A stretch of 64,000 nucleotides of DNA, from IMG/VR virus record IMGVR_UViG_3300013233_000702; one strand, written 5' to 3'. Below are positions 46,403-56,749 of the stretch, one piece after another. The first letter of the stretch is position 1; the number at the start of each line of letters is the position of its first letter. The notes below the pieces were generated by a model. That model saw nothing but the letters and a program-made list of their open reading frames with translations, made no database searches and was not told the DNA's origin. This DNA comes from an uncultured virus (IMG/VR IMGVR_UViG_3300013233_000702). Taxonomy: Duplodnaviria > Heunggongvirae > Uroviricota > Caudoviricetes. The translations under genes were made by a program, and so were the position numbers.

Positions 46403-47448
46403 CTTCTTCCCCTCAGATATGTCTCTATCCTGCGGATGACCTCCTCGGCGGAGATCATGTGCATGCATTCGGCTATCCGAAGGCTCCTCGTGACCTGCAC
46501 AGGCCTGCTGCACAGGTGATCGTCCTTCTCGTCCCCGTCCCCGACCTGCTGACAGCGGGACCGCCAGCAACCGCCCCGGTCGCAGCAGTCCAGCACGCCG
46601 TTCATGTGCAGGTACTGGTGCTCCGGATATGCCTCCCACTGTGCAGGCTCCCTGCCACCGGCCACCACGACGCATGGCCTGTTCCTGCCGTCACGGGTCG
46701 GGACCGCTGCAGCCGCGTGCATGGCGAAGGTGACCGGACACAGCACGCCACTGGAGTGGTGGATGAGCCTGATGAACTGGCGCAGGTCTGTCCTGCCGCG
46801 CAGGTCGATGACGTTCCTGAGCGGAGGGTGGAAGTGCTTTCCATCTGAGGCAGGTCCGTGACTCTCCCCGCACTGCACGAACTTTACCCTGTCCTGGAAC
46901 CAGTCCACGACCTTCTGGTACCGCGCCGGATCCCACCACTTGGCGGTGTAGTCGTACTTGCCTCCGGCGACGACTATCCAGAAGGGTCCACCGTGGCCGG
47001 TCTCCGCCACCTGCGAGATCCATTCCTTCTCTTCCCGTCCGAGGTGGATGTCCCCATGGAACGCCGTCATACGGATACGGATGCCGAGGATGTCCTCGAG
47101 GCAGTGCGTGAATCCATGCAGGAAGTGGTAGGGGGCATGGTTGCTGCGGTGTATGAGGTCATACTCGAGGTAGTGCGGCTCTATCTCCTTGTCCTCGAGC
47201 ACGATCCGGACCTTCACGTCTCCGGACCTGTCGGTGACGTCGGTGACGTGCGGTCCGTCCTCGCCGTCTTTGGCCCTCCTCCAGGCCATCCTGGTGAGGC
47301 GTTGGTTGTTCTGCCATATCTCTGGGCACGGCGTGCAGACGTCGGTGAGATACTTTTCTGGATGATTGATGTGGAGGTCGCGGACGGCTGCGGTCATCAT
47401 GAGCACGTCGCCGGGAGACTGTTCGTTGCACAGCAGTAGCTTCCGCAT
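46399..47448 (-). CDS. glycosyltransferase family 9 (ADP-heptose:LPS heptosyltransferase-like)
   Basis: QSPGDVLMMTAAVRDLH, GGKYDYTAKWW, DLRGRTDLRQ, CPVTFAMHAAAA, VAGGREP. Confidence 0.85.
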   Translation of the reverse strand: MRKLLLCNEQSPGDVLMMTAAVRDLHINHPEKYLTDVCTPCPEIWQNNQRLTRMAWRRAKDGEDGPHVTDVTDRSGDVKVRIVLEDKEIEPHYLEYDLIHRSNHAPYHFLHGFTHCLEDILGIRIRMTAFHGDIHLGREEKEWISQVAETGHGGPFWIVVAGGKYDYTAKWWDPARYQKVVDWFQDRVKFVQCGESHGPASDGKHFHPPLRNVIDLRGRTDLRQFIRLIHHSSGVLCPVTFAMHAAAAVPTRDGRNRPCVVVAGGREPAQWEAYPEHQYLHMNGVLDCCDRGGCWRSRCQQVGDGDEKDDHLCSRPVQVTRSLRIAECMHMISAEEVIRRIETYLRGRR

Positions 47449-47547
47449 TGCGTAACTATGTACGGCTCTGCACACAGGGCTTGATGTTCCGCTGAACAAA
47501 GATACCGTGTGATCGGAGGAAGGATCCGGCACGAAGGAGGTGCACCA

Positions 47548-47904
47548 ATGAGCATCGTCAACCAGATACTGGGCTTCTTCAACCCAAAGCGCACAGAGCG
47601 TACGCAGAGGCGCAGGTTCTCCCGGATGACCGAAGAGCAGGTCACGACGTACATCAAGGACTGCATCAAGCGCAACGAGGGCTGCCAACACTATCACCTC
47701 ATGATCAGGCAGACCGAAGACAAGGACCTCGCCAGGGCCCTGCTCGCGTGCGGCTTCCCGTACGAACTCGTCAGGAAGGCCGAGGAGAAGGCAAAGCTCG
47801 ATCACGTCATCGTCGCAACCGTGCACTACGAACGGGCCGAACACCTGGCCGAGATGCTCCGCAAGGAGAATCCTGCCCTCAAGGTGAGCATAATGGAGGC
47901 ATGA
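47548..47904 (+). CDS. hypothetical protein
   Basis: AAGGAGG RBS; CAAAGATA at 47497-47504. Confidence 0.65.
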   Translation: MSIVNQILGFFNPKRTERTQRRRFSRMTEEQVTTYIKDCIKRNEGCQHYHLMIRQTEDKDLARALLACGFPYELVRKAEEKAKLDHVIVATVHYERAEHLAEMLRKENPALKVSIMEA

Positions 47905-47905
47905 C

Positions 47906-48256
47906 ATGAGGGACCTTGGTCGGCTCATAGCCGTTCTCGAGGAGGACATCGGGGTTGACAGGGTAGAGGAGGCCGGAACCCAGGTCATAAGGGCGTGCGG
48001 AGTGCCATGGTCCATGTCGAGCAGGACCGTGCACGAGTTCCACACGGACCTTGCCGGCATGTCCGTCAGCGTGTTCCATGAAAGGCGGAACGGGAACGCC
48101 GTGACCGAAGTGTCCGCCGACGGGCAGGACCTGCACGACCTGGACGAGAGCACCCTCGTGAAGCTGGCCTCGGCCATGGGCATCGGACAGCATGGCCAGA
48201 ACCTTGCGGAGTCCATATACGGTGCGATCGTGAACGACCTGCCCCTGGAGACATGA
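47906..48256 (+). CDS. hypothetical protein
   Basis: GGAGG RBS; operonic. Confidence 0.6.
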   Translation: MRDLGRLIAVLEEDIGVDRVEEAGTQVIRACGVPWSMSSRTVHEFHTDLAGMSVSVFHERRNGNAVTEVSADGQDLHDLDESTLVKLASAMGIGQHGQNLAESIYGAIVNDLPLET

Positions 48257-48751
48257 ATGAGCGGAACGGAACCTCCTGCGCACCTGAACTCACGCCCCGT
48301 CATCCTCCCAGAGGACGGCTTTACCTGTCCACCGGTGCCGGCGTTCATCGACGTGTTCGGGCGGACGAGGCCGAACTTCGTGCGGGCAGAGGACCGCAGG
48401 ATCGGCGTCAACGTCCAGGTCGGAGACTCCGTGGCCCTCAAGGACGGCAGGCGGGTCCTGCAGTGCTGCTCAGAACAGGATGGGACGGTCGGCAGCTCTG
48501 GAGGGGGCGAGGGTTGCCGCACCAACGTGACCGTCCTGGGCCAGGCCGAAGTGGTGGTCAAGAAGCGAGGCCCGCGGCGGACGGTGCTGGTCGTGCAGGA
48601 CTATAGGTCGGGGCAGTTCGACGAGTCCGCGAACAGGGTGGTGCGGGGGAGCAGGGCTCCGTGTACGGTGCTGCCGGCCATAAGGACGGCCAGGTTCCTG
48701 TCCATTCCAGAGGGAAGATTCTCCGTGGAGGGTGGGGTCGAACCCGCCTAG
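48257..48751 (+). CDS. hypothetical protein
   Basis: operonic ORF. Confidence 0.5.
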   Translation: MSGTEPPAHLNSRPVILPEDGFTCPPVPAFIDVFGRTRPNFVRAEDRRIGVNVQVGDSVALKDGRRVLQCCSEQDGTVGSSGGGEGCRTNVTVLGQAEVVVKKRGPRRTVLVVQDYRSGQFDESANRVVRGSRAPCTVLPAIRTARFLSIPEGRFSVEGGVEPA

Positions 48752-49089
48752 GTACACCTTGATGCTGTCTTCCATACTGCGGATGGCATGCCGTTCCTTA
48801 TGGTCGGTATTCTCTTGAACAGGACGTTGTGCCTTGTGTTATAGTACCATTCGCTCCTTGATGTCACTGGATCCGGCTCGTAGCTGCTGAAGGGCACTTC
48901 CTCTGCCCCTACGAGCTCCTGGAAGCGGAGCGGGTTGGTGCCGGTTCCTATCCTTCCCTTGGACCTTCTGGCGATGAGGTCGGCAAGGAAGTCCGTTTCG
49001 AACCTTGGGTTGACGGTGAGGTCGGCCCATTGGTCTATGGTGAGCCTGGACCAGTCGTCGACGGAGAGGGTGTTCCAGGAGATGGACAT
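48748..49089 (-). CDS. hypothetical protein (Trp-spaced N-terminal repeats)
   Basis: WNTLSVDDWSRLTIDQWADL; abuts the collagen gene. Confidence 0.6.
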   Translation of the reverse strand: MSISWNTLSVDDWSRLTIDQWADLTVNPRFETDFLADLIARRSKGRIGTGTNPLRFQELVGAEEVPFSSYEPDPVTSRSEWYYNTRHNVLFKRIPTIRNGMPSAVWKTASRCT

Positions 49090-50310
49090 CTATATCTCCC
49101 TGGCGGCCATGTAGGTTGCGGCCTTGACGGTAGTGGCACTGGAGCTTAGGTTAAGCTGTGCCCACCTGAACGAAAGGACTCCACCGGTCTGTACGTCAAT
49201 GAAGCCGTTCATCCTGATTATCCTGCGCTTGTTGGCACCGTCTCCTGCTATGCTGGACTTGCGCACGGAGGACGGCAACGCCGTGTCGACGTTCATGTCC
49301 ACGTCGATCGTGGATGAGCTCTGTTCGTTCTGCGTACCGAGATACCAGGTGAGCATCGTGGAGTTCATGGCTCCGGTTCCGGTGAATCCCCAATGATACT
49401 GGAGGTCCGGAGTCGCGCTAGCGGCAACGATCATGCCGTTCATCTCTATCAGGTATTTCTTGCCTGCGACCAGCGTGAGCTGAAGCTCCGGATCGTCCTC
49501 TATGGTCGGCGGAAACGTAGCGGAACTAGTCCTGGACGTGTCGGTCGTCTTCTTTACGAACAGGATTCCGCCACCGCCACCCGCAGGACCGGTAGCCCCG
49601 GTCGGGCCGACTGGCCCGGTAGCCCCGGTGGCCGACGCGCTCCCGGCCACGCCCTGCGGGCCAGTGGGACCCGTCGGACCAGTCGCTCCATCAGCTCCCT
49701 GTGATCCTGTTGGGCCGGTCGGCCCCGGAGCTCCAGCACCGGTTGGACCCGTCGGACCGATAGTCCCCTGCTGACCAGTTGCTCCGGTCGGTCCGGTCGC
49801 TCCCGCACCGGTGGGGCCCTGGGGACCGGTCGGTCCCGTCTGCCCTGCAGGTCCGGTCACTCCCGCACCAGTTGGACCCTGGGATCCGGTCGGCCCGGTC
49901 GGTCCTGCCGATCCTGCCGATCCTGCGGGTCCGGTAGCCCCCGCGCCGGTTGGGCCCTGTGGCCCGGTCGCCCCGGTCGCCCCGGTCGCCCCGGTCGCGC
50001 TTGCTGTTCCGTCGAGACCCTTCGGTCCGGTTGGACCGGTCGGTCCTGCCTGCCCCTGCGGCCCGGTAGGTCCCGTCTGGCCGGTGAGTCCAGTAGAACC
50101 AGTTGGACCAGTTGGTCCTGCCTGCCCCTGCGGCCCGGTAGGTCCCGTCTGGCCGGTAAGTCCAGTAGGACCGGTCGGTCCGGTCACTCCAGTTCCGAGC
50201 TCGGTCAGCTTGGTGCCGATCTTCTTGAAGTTGTCGTTTATGGCGCGGCCACCATCACCGGTCGGATCCGGGACGAGTATTTCGAGACCGTCCTGTATCT
50301 CTAAGCCCAT
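49090..50310 (-). CDS. collagen-like (Gly-Pro-Thr) fibre protein
   Basis: ~200 aa of G-X-Y repeats dominated by GPT; globular C-terminal domain; CAAACATA at 50333-50340 upstream. Confidence 0.85.
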   Translation of the reverse strand: MGLEIQDGLEILVPDPTGDGGRAINDNFKKIGTKLTELGTGVTGPTGPTGLTGQTGPTGPQGQAGPTGPTGSTGLTGQTGPTGPQGQAGPTGPTGPKGLDGTASATGATGATGATGPQGPTGAGATGPAGSAGSAGPTGPTGSQGPTGAGVTGPAGQTGPTGPQGPTGAGATGPTGATGQQGTIGPTGPTGAGAPGPTGPTGSQGADGATGPTGPTGPQGVAGSASATGATGPVGPTGATGPAGGGGGILFVKKTTDTSRTSSATFPPTIEDDPELQLTLVAGKKYLIEMNGMIVAASATPDLQYHWGFTGTGAMNSTMLTWYLGTQNEQSSSTIDVDMNVDTALPSSVRKSSIAGDGANKRRIIRMNGFIDVQTGGVLSFRWAQLNLSSSATTVKAATYMAAREI

Positions 50311-50421
50311 TACCTGCCCCTTCCTGTTCCTCTATGTTTGGCCGCGCATGGGGATAGTTACTCCGCCAAGCCGTTCCGTCCGGCAGTAGATATGCGTCGG
50401 GCCTACCAGTGGAGGATATCC

Positions 50422-50895
50422 ATGTCGAAGTACGGAAAGACCAAGTGCGACGTGTGTGGGGAGATGATCAGCAACGGTGGTGCAGCCTACACGTCGCATC
50501 AGCGCGCGCACGTGAGGCGTAAGGAGGCGGTCGAGTTCAGGCGCGGTAACAAGCTGCTGTTCGTCCCCGCCGGGGCATGCGCCAGGTACATAGAGGAGCA
50601 GCCCTATGCCAGGCTCGGCGAGGAGCCGCTTCCGGGACAGCCAAAGGACGTCTGGTCCATAACCGAGGCCTTGAAGGAGCTCAAGGCCGTCGACCCCGCT
50701 CAATACTACGTGACGTCCGGCGAGGCGATCAAGAAGGCCGAAAAGCTGGTGAAGGATGCCTATTCGCTGGCCGTCCGGTCAAAGTCCTTTAGGGACCGCC
50801 TCATTTCCGCACGGGGCAGCAAGAAGTATCTCGAGACGTCCCGCGAGGACAATCACCTGCTCGTCAAGAGCAAGGACCCGCGTTCAAGGTCATAG
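50422..50895 (+). CDS. hypothetical protein with C2H2-like zinc finger
   Basis: CDVCGE...SHQRAH; GGAGG RBS. Confidence 0.65.
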   Translation: MSKYGKTKCDVCGEMISNGGAAYTSHQRAHVRRKEAVEFRRGNKLLFVPAGACARYIEEQPYARLGEEPLPGQPKDVWSITEALKELKAVDPAQYYVTSGEAIKKAEKLVKDAYSLAVRSKSFRDRLISARGSKKYLETSREDNHLLVKSKDPRSRS

Positions 50896-50904
50896 GAGAT
50901 AAGC

Positions 50905-51171
50905 ATGGGCGTTACGTTCACGTCGAACCGCGTTACCTATAGGCTGGCCCTCTCGTACGAGAGCGCAAGGATGCTCAGGGAGGCGATGGGACTACTGCCG
51001 GAGGACAGGCGCAGGTCTCCCCTCTTCAAGAGCCTCACGAGGGACCTCGACCGCTCCATAACCATGATGGAACGGACGATAAAGAACGAGAAGCTGGTGC
51101 AGGAGGAACGTAGGAAACGATACGCCTCCAGGAAGAAGGACGGGAGACCAAGGACCGACGGGAAGGTCTAG
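50905..51171 (+). CDS. hypothetical protein
   Basis: AGGAG RBS. Confidence 0.6.
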   Translation: MGVTFTSNRVTYRLALSYESARMLREAMGLLPEDRRRSPLFKSLTRDLDRSITMMERTIKNEKLVQEERRKRYASRKKDGRPRTDGKV

Positions 51172-51899
51172 AACGGACCAGCTATCTCCTCGACGTGCTT
51201 CAGGACCTTCCTGAACACCTCGTCCGCGCTCCTGGACGCGTCGACCACGAACGGACCGTCCCGGACGAACGAGCGCACCCTGTGGTAGATCTCGTGGGTC
51301 TCCTTCTCATCCTCGGTTGGGCACGCCTGCCTAGTAAGCTCCGGACGCCATAGGCGGACAGACCGTCTGGTAACGTCGGCGAGGAGCCCGTACAGCTTCA
51401 CGACCTTGCAGTGATAATCCTCTCCCCTCGACTCGATCTTGCACTTGACGTCCCCGTCGTGATGCCTGCGCTGGAGCAGGACGTCGTGCCCGGTGTGCAG
51501 GACGACGAGATTCATGAGGGCGCACCCGGCTCCCTGGGAGGCGGCTAGGAACCCATCTATCTGCTCCCAGGACATACCCCCTGCCCTTGCGTAGATCATT
51601 CCGGAAACGAGGTTCGACCTGTCGCTCAGGACGACCTTCTTCCTTAACATAGCCGGGTCGAGCACCTCGTGAACGAACGCGCTCTGATCGACGGCCATCA
51701 GGACCTGCTCGGTATATGGGTCGAGCGAGACCTCCTGGTCGTTCTTTACCAGGTTCCTCACTATCCGACCGAGCGGGGTGGCTCCAGGCATCCTGACCAT
51801 TACGTTGTCGATGCCGGACTCGCTAAGCTCCTCGGAGAGCCTGTCGAGCAATGTCGTCTTTCCTGCGCCGTCCGGCCCTTCTATTACCACGTATGCCAT
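51168..51899 (-). CDS. tmk: thymidylate kinase (dTMP kinase)
   Basis: YVVIEGPDGAGKTT, RMPGATPLG, VVLSDR, VDASRSADEV. Confidence 0.9.
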   Translation of the reverse strand: MAYVVIEGPDGAGKTTLLDRLSEELSESGIDNVMVRMPGATPLGRIVRNLVKNDQEVSLDPYTEQVLMAVDQSAFVHEVLDPAMLRKKVVLSDRSNLVSGMIYARAGGMSWEQIDGFLAASQGAGCALMNLVVLHTGHDVLLQRRHHDGDVKCKIESRGEDYHCKVVKLYGLLADVTRRSVRLWRPELTRQACPTEDEKETHEIYHRVRSFVRDGPFVVDASRSADEVFRKVLKHVEEIAGPF

Positions 51900-52249
51900 C
51901 CTTGTTCCTCCATCGTCAGTAGTGTGATCAGTGCGAGCACGGACGCTGCCAACACTAGCAGAAGGACGTGCCTGTGCCGTCCCCTTCTCCTTCGCCCATG
52001 CGTCCGTATGAGCCTGTTCACTGGCTCCGCCGAGGACGCCAGGACCTCCGGACCGGTACCGCCGGAGAGCCTGCGGAGGGCCTCCAGGCGTTCGTCGTTC
52101 TGGTCTGCGCGGCGCAGTTCCCGTGCGTAGCATCCCTTCTCGGCGAGGATCAAGGCGGCCTGCGCCGGGGAGGCTGCAGTGAGGATGCCCCGCGCCTCGA
52201 TAACCTTGCCGTCCTGCATGGACACGGCTATGTAGGCCCATCTATGCAA
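51884..52249 (-). CDS. small membrane protein
   Basis: WAYIAVSMQDGKVIEARG; C-terminal TM helix. Confidence 0.5.
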   Translation of the reverse strand: MHRWAYIAVSMQDGKVIEARGILTAASPAQAALILAEKGCYARELRRADQNDERLEALRRLSGGTGPEVLASSAEPVNRLIRTHGRRRRGRHRHVLLLVLAASVLALITLLTMEEQGWHTW

Positions 52250-52262
52250 GCTTCTCGTGCTC

Positions 52263-53432
52263 CTACAGCATCGCGGCGTAGGCCGTGGCGCGCCGCTCCG
52301 TAAACGAGTTGGCGAGCGGAACGCGCCTGCCGCCTATCCCTCTGGCGTCCTCCTCCCGGACCAGCAGCAGCACACGGTCCGCGCGCTGCCTCCAGTACCT
52401 GATCCTGTCGGCCATCTCCTTCCTGCCGCCCTTGTCGAACAGGAAGTCCAGGACAACCACGTCCGCGTGGCCGTCCGTTCCAGCGAAGGTGGTCCGCAGG
52501 AACTTCTCTATTCTTGGGAAACTTCCAGAGGTCGCATAGTCGCACCCCATCCTTGCCGCCGCGAAGGCCCTGCTCCCGTAGTCAGGATAGGGGTCCATGA
52601 CCGTTCCGGTGACGCAGAGCCTCTGAAATATCCTTAGAAACAGGGCTGGGGATGGCACGCTCTGTATCTTGTCGTGATAGGGGTAGTTCAGGCTGTAGAT
52701 CCTGGCAGCAACAGTGGCGTAGCGCATTATGTTCAACCACGTGACGTTGTGACGGTTCCTGATGCACCGGCGCATAGCCCTGACCAGGAGCCGCATGAAC
52801 CCATCGTACCCCGTGGCCGCACGGACCCTGGTGAACCAGTTGCCGAGGAAGTATGGCAGTATTAGTTCCTTGGCTCTCTTGCCGTTCGCCCAGGTCTTCA
52901 TGGCTCCGCCGTATTCGTCTACGTCGACGTCCACCATGGTGTGGTAGACGCCAGACATGTGGCTGTGCGGCGGGAGGGGCGGTTCTTCGCTGTTGAGAAC
53001 CATGTGCACGACGCGGTGGGTCTGCAGAACACGCTGCACCATGCTGGCCGAGACTATGTCCCTGTGTGGCAACAGGAAGAAACGGTCGTCGTGCCTATAC
53101 TGCTGCCTGATGAACAGTTCCCGCTCGCCATACAGGGGTGCCAGTGGGGCGTGCTTGAAGTCAATGAAGTCCTTGTAGCCCGTTATGAAGCTGATCCGTA
53201 GGCCCTTACCGGATATCCTGACCTTCCTGACTATCGGGTCGGCCCTGAGGTTGTAAAGGGCCTGCATGGCGTTGCGGTCGCGGTACATCTTGCGGATGTC
53301 GGCGTTCGGTTCATATTTTGCCTCCTCGACCCTGTCGCCGGGGTCGTCATGGAGATATGGCATCCTGGTTCGTGTAGTGCGGAGAGGGCTTAAGCCTTTC
53401 CTCTTCCTGGAAGATTTTCTCTGTACCCTCAT
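52263..53432 (-). CDS. hypothetical protein with degenerate methyltransferase-like C-terminus (start uncertain, alternative 53363)
   Basis: VMDPYPDYGSRAFAAARMGCDY resembles the SAM-binding motif I of phage DNA methylases. Confidence 0.45.
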   Translation of the reverse strand: MRVQRKSSRKRKGLSPLRTTRTRMPYLHDDPGDRVEEAKYEPNADIRKMYRDRNAMQALYNLRADPIVRKVRISGKGLRISFITGYKDFIDFKHAPLAPLYGERELFIRQQYRHDDRFFLLPHRDIVSASMVQRVLQTHRVVHMVLNSEEPPLPPHSHMSGVYHTMVDVDVDEYGGAMKTWANGKRAKELILPYFLGNWFTRVRAATGYDGFMRLLVRAMRRCIRNRHNVTWLNIMRYATVAARIYSLNYPYHDKIQSVPSPALFLRIFQRLCVTGTVMDPYPDYGSRAFAAARMGCDYATSGSFPRIEKFLRTTFAGTDGHADVVVLDFLFDKGGRKEMADRIRYWRQRADRVLLLVREEDARGIGGRRVPLANSFTERRATAYAAML

Positions 53433-54102
53433 GCACCACCTCGCGCAACAGGTCTATGTATATCAGGTTCTTCACCAGGCCGTTGCATACACTACGTATT
53501 CTCGTCCCTGTCAGCTTCGCGCACTCCCGCATGGATAACCCCATGGTGGCGTAGTGATCCCTGAGCCAGTTATATTCCTTAGACTGTTTCTTCAGCATTA
53601 CGCCAAGCTGCTTAGAGGTCCTTGCCACGAAGGCCCCCTCTATCATCTTGGGCATTCCTTTTCCCTTAAACGGCTCCCGTGCCTCCTGTGGGGAGTAGCC
53701 GGCATCCAGTAGTCTCTGAAACCATGTCTCCTTGTCAATGAGCATCTCTGGCATCGCACCCGGAAGGGTCCTGCGACGATATGCACGCTGCAGGTTCTTT
53801 CTTGCCCTATCCTTTCCTTCCTTGTCCTTTCCTTCCTTGATGAGCTCTGCCTTGCGGGCCCTCGCGCGCTCCCGTGCCCTCTCGTGCACCTCTGCAAGGA
53901 ACTCCCTGGCCCGCGCGGCATTCTTCTTGAACGGTTCCGGAACCGGATTGCTCAGACCATGCCGCTTGCGCAGTCTCCTGACATATCCTATGGAATGCCC
54001 TAGAAGCTGAGCCTGCCTTGCGTTGGACAGGCCACGGTGTGCCCTGAAGAAGTCAAGAACTGACTTTCTGCTTTCCGGGTCGACCGGAACCGTCAACGCC
54101 AT
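53347..54102 (-). CDS. basic protein with two HTH-like segments
   Basis: LSNARQAQLLGHSIGYVRRLR; LSMRECAKLTG...VCNGL. Confidence 0.55.
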   Translation of the reverse strand: MALTVPVDPESRKSVLDFFRAHRGLSNARQAQLLGHSIGYVRRLRKRHGLSNPVPEPFKKNAARAREFLAEVHERARERARARKAELIKEGKDKEGKDRARKNLQRAYRRRTLPGAMPEMLIDKETWFQRLLDAGYSPQEAREPFKGKGMPKMIEGAFVARTSKQLGVMLKKQSKEYNWLRDHYATMGLSMRECAKLTGTRIRSVCNGLVKNLIYIDLLREVVHEGTEKIFQEEERLKPSPHYTNQDAISP

Positions 54103-55112
54103 ATCGCCAGCTCCGCTATCAGCCGGTCAATCCTGCCGGTAAACGACTCGTGTGGCCTGTTGCGCTGCGCATCTACTGCTTCCTTTGCCTTCCTGGCCGT
54201 CTCATCCTGTTCTTCCTCCTCTTCGCCAGGCGGCGCGGTCCACTCCCGTTCTTCCTCAGCTTCTGGCTCACCCTCTGCTTCCGGCTCTCCATGAGGGGCT
54301 TCATTGCGGGCCACTGGCCTTGACTCGGGGGTCTCCGGTCGCTCCGGTGGTGCCTCGCGCCCTGCCTCGCGCCCTGCCTCGGGAGCCTCTGGCCGCTCCG
54401 GTGGGACCTCACGCTCCGGTGGGACCTCACGCTCCGGTGGGACCTCACGCTCCGGTGGGACCTCGCGCCCTGCCTCGGGAGCCTCTGGCCGCTCCGGCGG
54501 GACCTCACGCTCCGGCGGTGCCTCGCGCCCTGCCTCGCGCTCTGCCTCGGGACGGGCCTCCGGCCTCTCTATGCGGCCAGCGCGATAGTCCCTGACTCTC
54601 GGCTCCTCCGTCTCCGGGCCGAGCTCACCAGGCAGCGGCTCGTTGGTCGGAATGCGCCTATTCGCACGCTCTGCCCTCTTGATGGCCTCCCGCCTCCTAG
54701 CAAGCCTCTCGGAGCGCTCGTCCTCTCCCCGCGTGGACAGCTCCTTGCTGGTCATGAAGCGCAGAGTGCCGGGGGACACGGAATCCACATGCTTGGCATC
54801 GTACGTCCGGTAGTAGTTCCCAAAGACATCGCCCATCAGGCGCCGACCCGTCCAGTACCTGCGCCTGAGGTTCCTACTCCGAAGTATCTCTGGAAGATAA
54901 TAACGCAGCTTGTCGAGCTGGTCGTCGGACAGATAGTTCAGGTTGATTCCGCCCACTAGCGCATTGCGGGTACCCGGACTGACCCAGGTGCCGAGCTTGA
55001 GGATCCTTGGCCTGGGGTCCACGCCGAAGTTATCATAGTCGAACTCGGCAGTACGCCCATAGCCCTCGATTATGGGCCTGAGACAGGCCGCGTGGACGAG
55101 ATACAGCTTCAT
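54093..55112 (-). CDS. putative DNA end-protector-like (T4 gp2-like) domain with acidic repeat tail
   Basis: DPRPRIL...LVGGINLNYL...YRTY weakly recalls T4 gp2; PPEREV repeats; CAAAGATA at 55118-55125. Confidence 0.4.
   Translation of the reverse strand: MKLYLVHAACLRPIIEGYGRTAEFDYDNFGVDPRPRILKLGTWVSPGTRNALVGGINLNYLSDDQLDKLRYYLPEILRSRNLRRRYWTGRRLMGDVFGNYYRTYDAKHVDSVSPGTLRFMTSKELSTRGEDERSERLARRREAIKRAERANRRIPTNEPLPGELGPETEEPRVRDYRAGRIERPEARPEAEREAGREAPPEREVPPERPEAPEAGREVPPEREVPPEREVPPEREVPPERPEAPEAGREAGREAPPERPETPESRPVARNEAPHGEPEAEGEPEAEEEREWTAPPGEEEEEQDETARKAKEAVDAQRNRPHESFTGRIDRLIAELAIWR
54340..54552 (-). repeat. 18-bp (PPEREV) and 12-bp (EAGR) in-frame tandem repeats
   Basis: ctcacgctccggtgggac repeated, seen directly. 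Confidence 0.85.
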
Positions 55113-55153
55113 GCAACTATCTTTGAACATCGGGGAGCACGTACCTAGACGAC

Positions 55154-56749
55154 ATGAACGCCATAGTGACGATAGCCATCGGGAGCGCGCACCAGCGCAT
55201 CTTCAGGGTCACCCGGCCCACCATTGAGTCCTACGCCACAAGGACCGGCTCGGACCTCGTCGTGATCGACCAGGTCAAGGAGTCCACGACCACCCCGCAC
55301 TACGAGAAGCTGCAGCTGGGCAGGCTGCTCACAAAGTACAGGCGCATCGTATACCTCGACGCGGACCTGATAGTCCGGGACGACTGCCCGGACCTATTCA
55401 AGGTAGTCCCGGAGGACCACGTGGGGCTGTTCAACGAGGCACCCTACGTAGAGGACGATCTTGGACTGACCATGAGGGAGGCCTCCAAGGTCTTCAGGAT
55501 ACCACTGAAGGACTGGGACGGAGACTACTACAACACCGGAGTCATGATCATCTCCAGGATGCACCGCGACCTGTTCACGAAACCGGTCACCCAGAACATC
55601 TATCACCACTTCGAGCAGAGCTACCTCAACCTGCGCATACAGCAGACGCACACCAGGGTGCACCGCCTGGACTATCGGTACAACAGGATCAAGGCCCTAG
55701 ACAGGCACCTCGGAGAACATCGCCTCAACAGCTACATCATACACTACGCAGGCATACTGTACAACACGCACCTCATCGCCGCCCACGACCTCGAACGGTG
55801 GTCCGCAGGAATAAGGAACGTCCCCCTCAAGGCCACCTACGCCATAGGAGCAAGGCTAGGAGATGTGATAGAGGCCGAGCCAGTGATAAGACACCTGATC
55901 GGACTGCACCCTGGACACGAGACGACCATAGTGACGAGCGAGCCTGACGTCTTCGCGCACCTGCAGGACCGCACCAGGATACTGACCTTCGACGAATACT
56001 CGCCGGGACCGGACGAGGCAATGCTTACCGTCGACCTAATGACCAAGGACGACGACCGGGCAAGGAAGTACATGAGTCCAGACAGGATGCACGTCGTGGA
56101 CTGGTACGCCCTCCGCGCCACCAGGGGAACGATCCCAGACGAGCACAAGCGCATCGGAATGAAGGTCACGGCAGAAGGGCTTGCCGACGCCATGACCACC
56201 GCCTCTGACCAAGGTTGCGACCTCAAGGAGACAGTCCTCGTCCATCCAGGACGGGGGTGGCCGTCAAAGACCTTCCCGGCGGAATGGTGGCAGCAGGTAC
56301 TGGACGGCCTGTCCAGGAAGGTCCGGACGGCGGTGATAGGCAGGACAGTGAAGGAGGAGTATGCAGAGTCCGGTACGGTCGAGCTTAAGCTCCCTGACGG
56401 AACCGGAGACCTCCGGGACCGTCTCGACCTACCGGGCCTGAACGCCGCACTATCCCTGGCACCAGTCCTCCTGACCAACGACTCAGCACCCATGCACGCA
56501 GCCGGCGCGTTCGACAACTGGATAGTGCTAATCCCAACCTGCAAGCACCCAGACCACGTCCTCCCCTGGCGCACGTCCAACCACAGGCACAGGACTACCG
56601 TGTTGACCGGCAAGCCCATGTGGCCGCTGATAACGAGGCTATCGGAGGTGCCCGAAGGCCACAGCATCTCCGAATTCCTTCCGGAACCGGACAAGGTGGT
56701 CGAGGAGACCCTGCGGGCATACGAGACGATGAAATGCGCAAGGCCCTAG
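55154..56749 (+). CDS. GT8-like plus GT9 fusion glycosyltransferase
   Basis: YLDADL, YYNTGVM, EQSYLN, IIHYAG; RLGDVI, HPGRGWPSK, LTNDSAPMH. Confidence 0.8.
   Translation: MNAIVTIAIGSAHQRIFRVTRPTIESYATRTGSDLVVIDQVKESTTTPHYEKLQLGRLLTKYRRIVYLDADLIVRDDCPDLFKVVPEDHVGLFNEAPYVEDDLGLTMREASKVFRIPLKDWDGDYYNTGVMIISRMHRDLFTKPVTQNIYHHFEQSYLNLRIQQTHTRVHRLDYRYNRIKALDRHLGEHRLNSYIIHYAGILYNTHLIAAHDLERWSAGIRNVPLKATYAIGARLGDVIEAEPVIRHLIGLHPGHETTIVTSEPDVFAHLQDRTRILTFDEYSPGPDEAMLTVDLMTKDDDRARKYMSPDRMHVVDWYALRATRGTIPDEHKRIGMKVTAEGLADAMTTASDQGCDLKETVLVHPGRGWPSKTFPAEWWQQVLDGLSRKVRTAVIGRTVKEEYAESGTVELKLPDGTGDLRDRLDLPGLNAALSLAPVLLTNDSAPMHAAGAFDNWIVLIPTCKHPDHVLPWRTSNHRHRTTVLTGKPMWPLITRLSEVPEGHSISEFLPEPDKVVEETLRAYETMKCARP

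Noticed and set aside
47449..48561. N-terminal extension of the 720-aa GT9 ORF
   Set aside because: It overlaps three plausible + strand genes with RBSs; GT9 homology starts at 47448.
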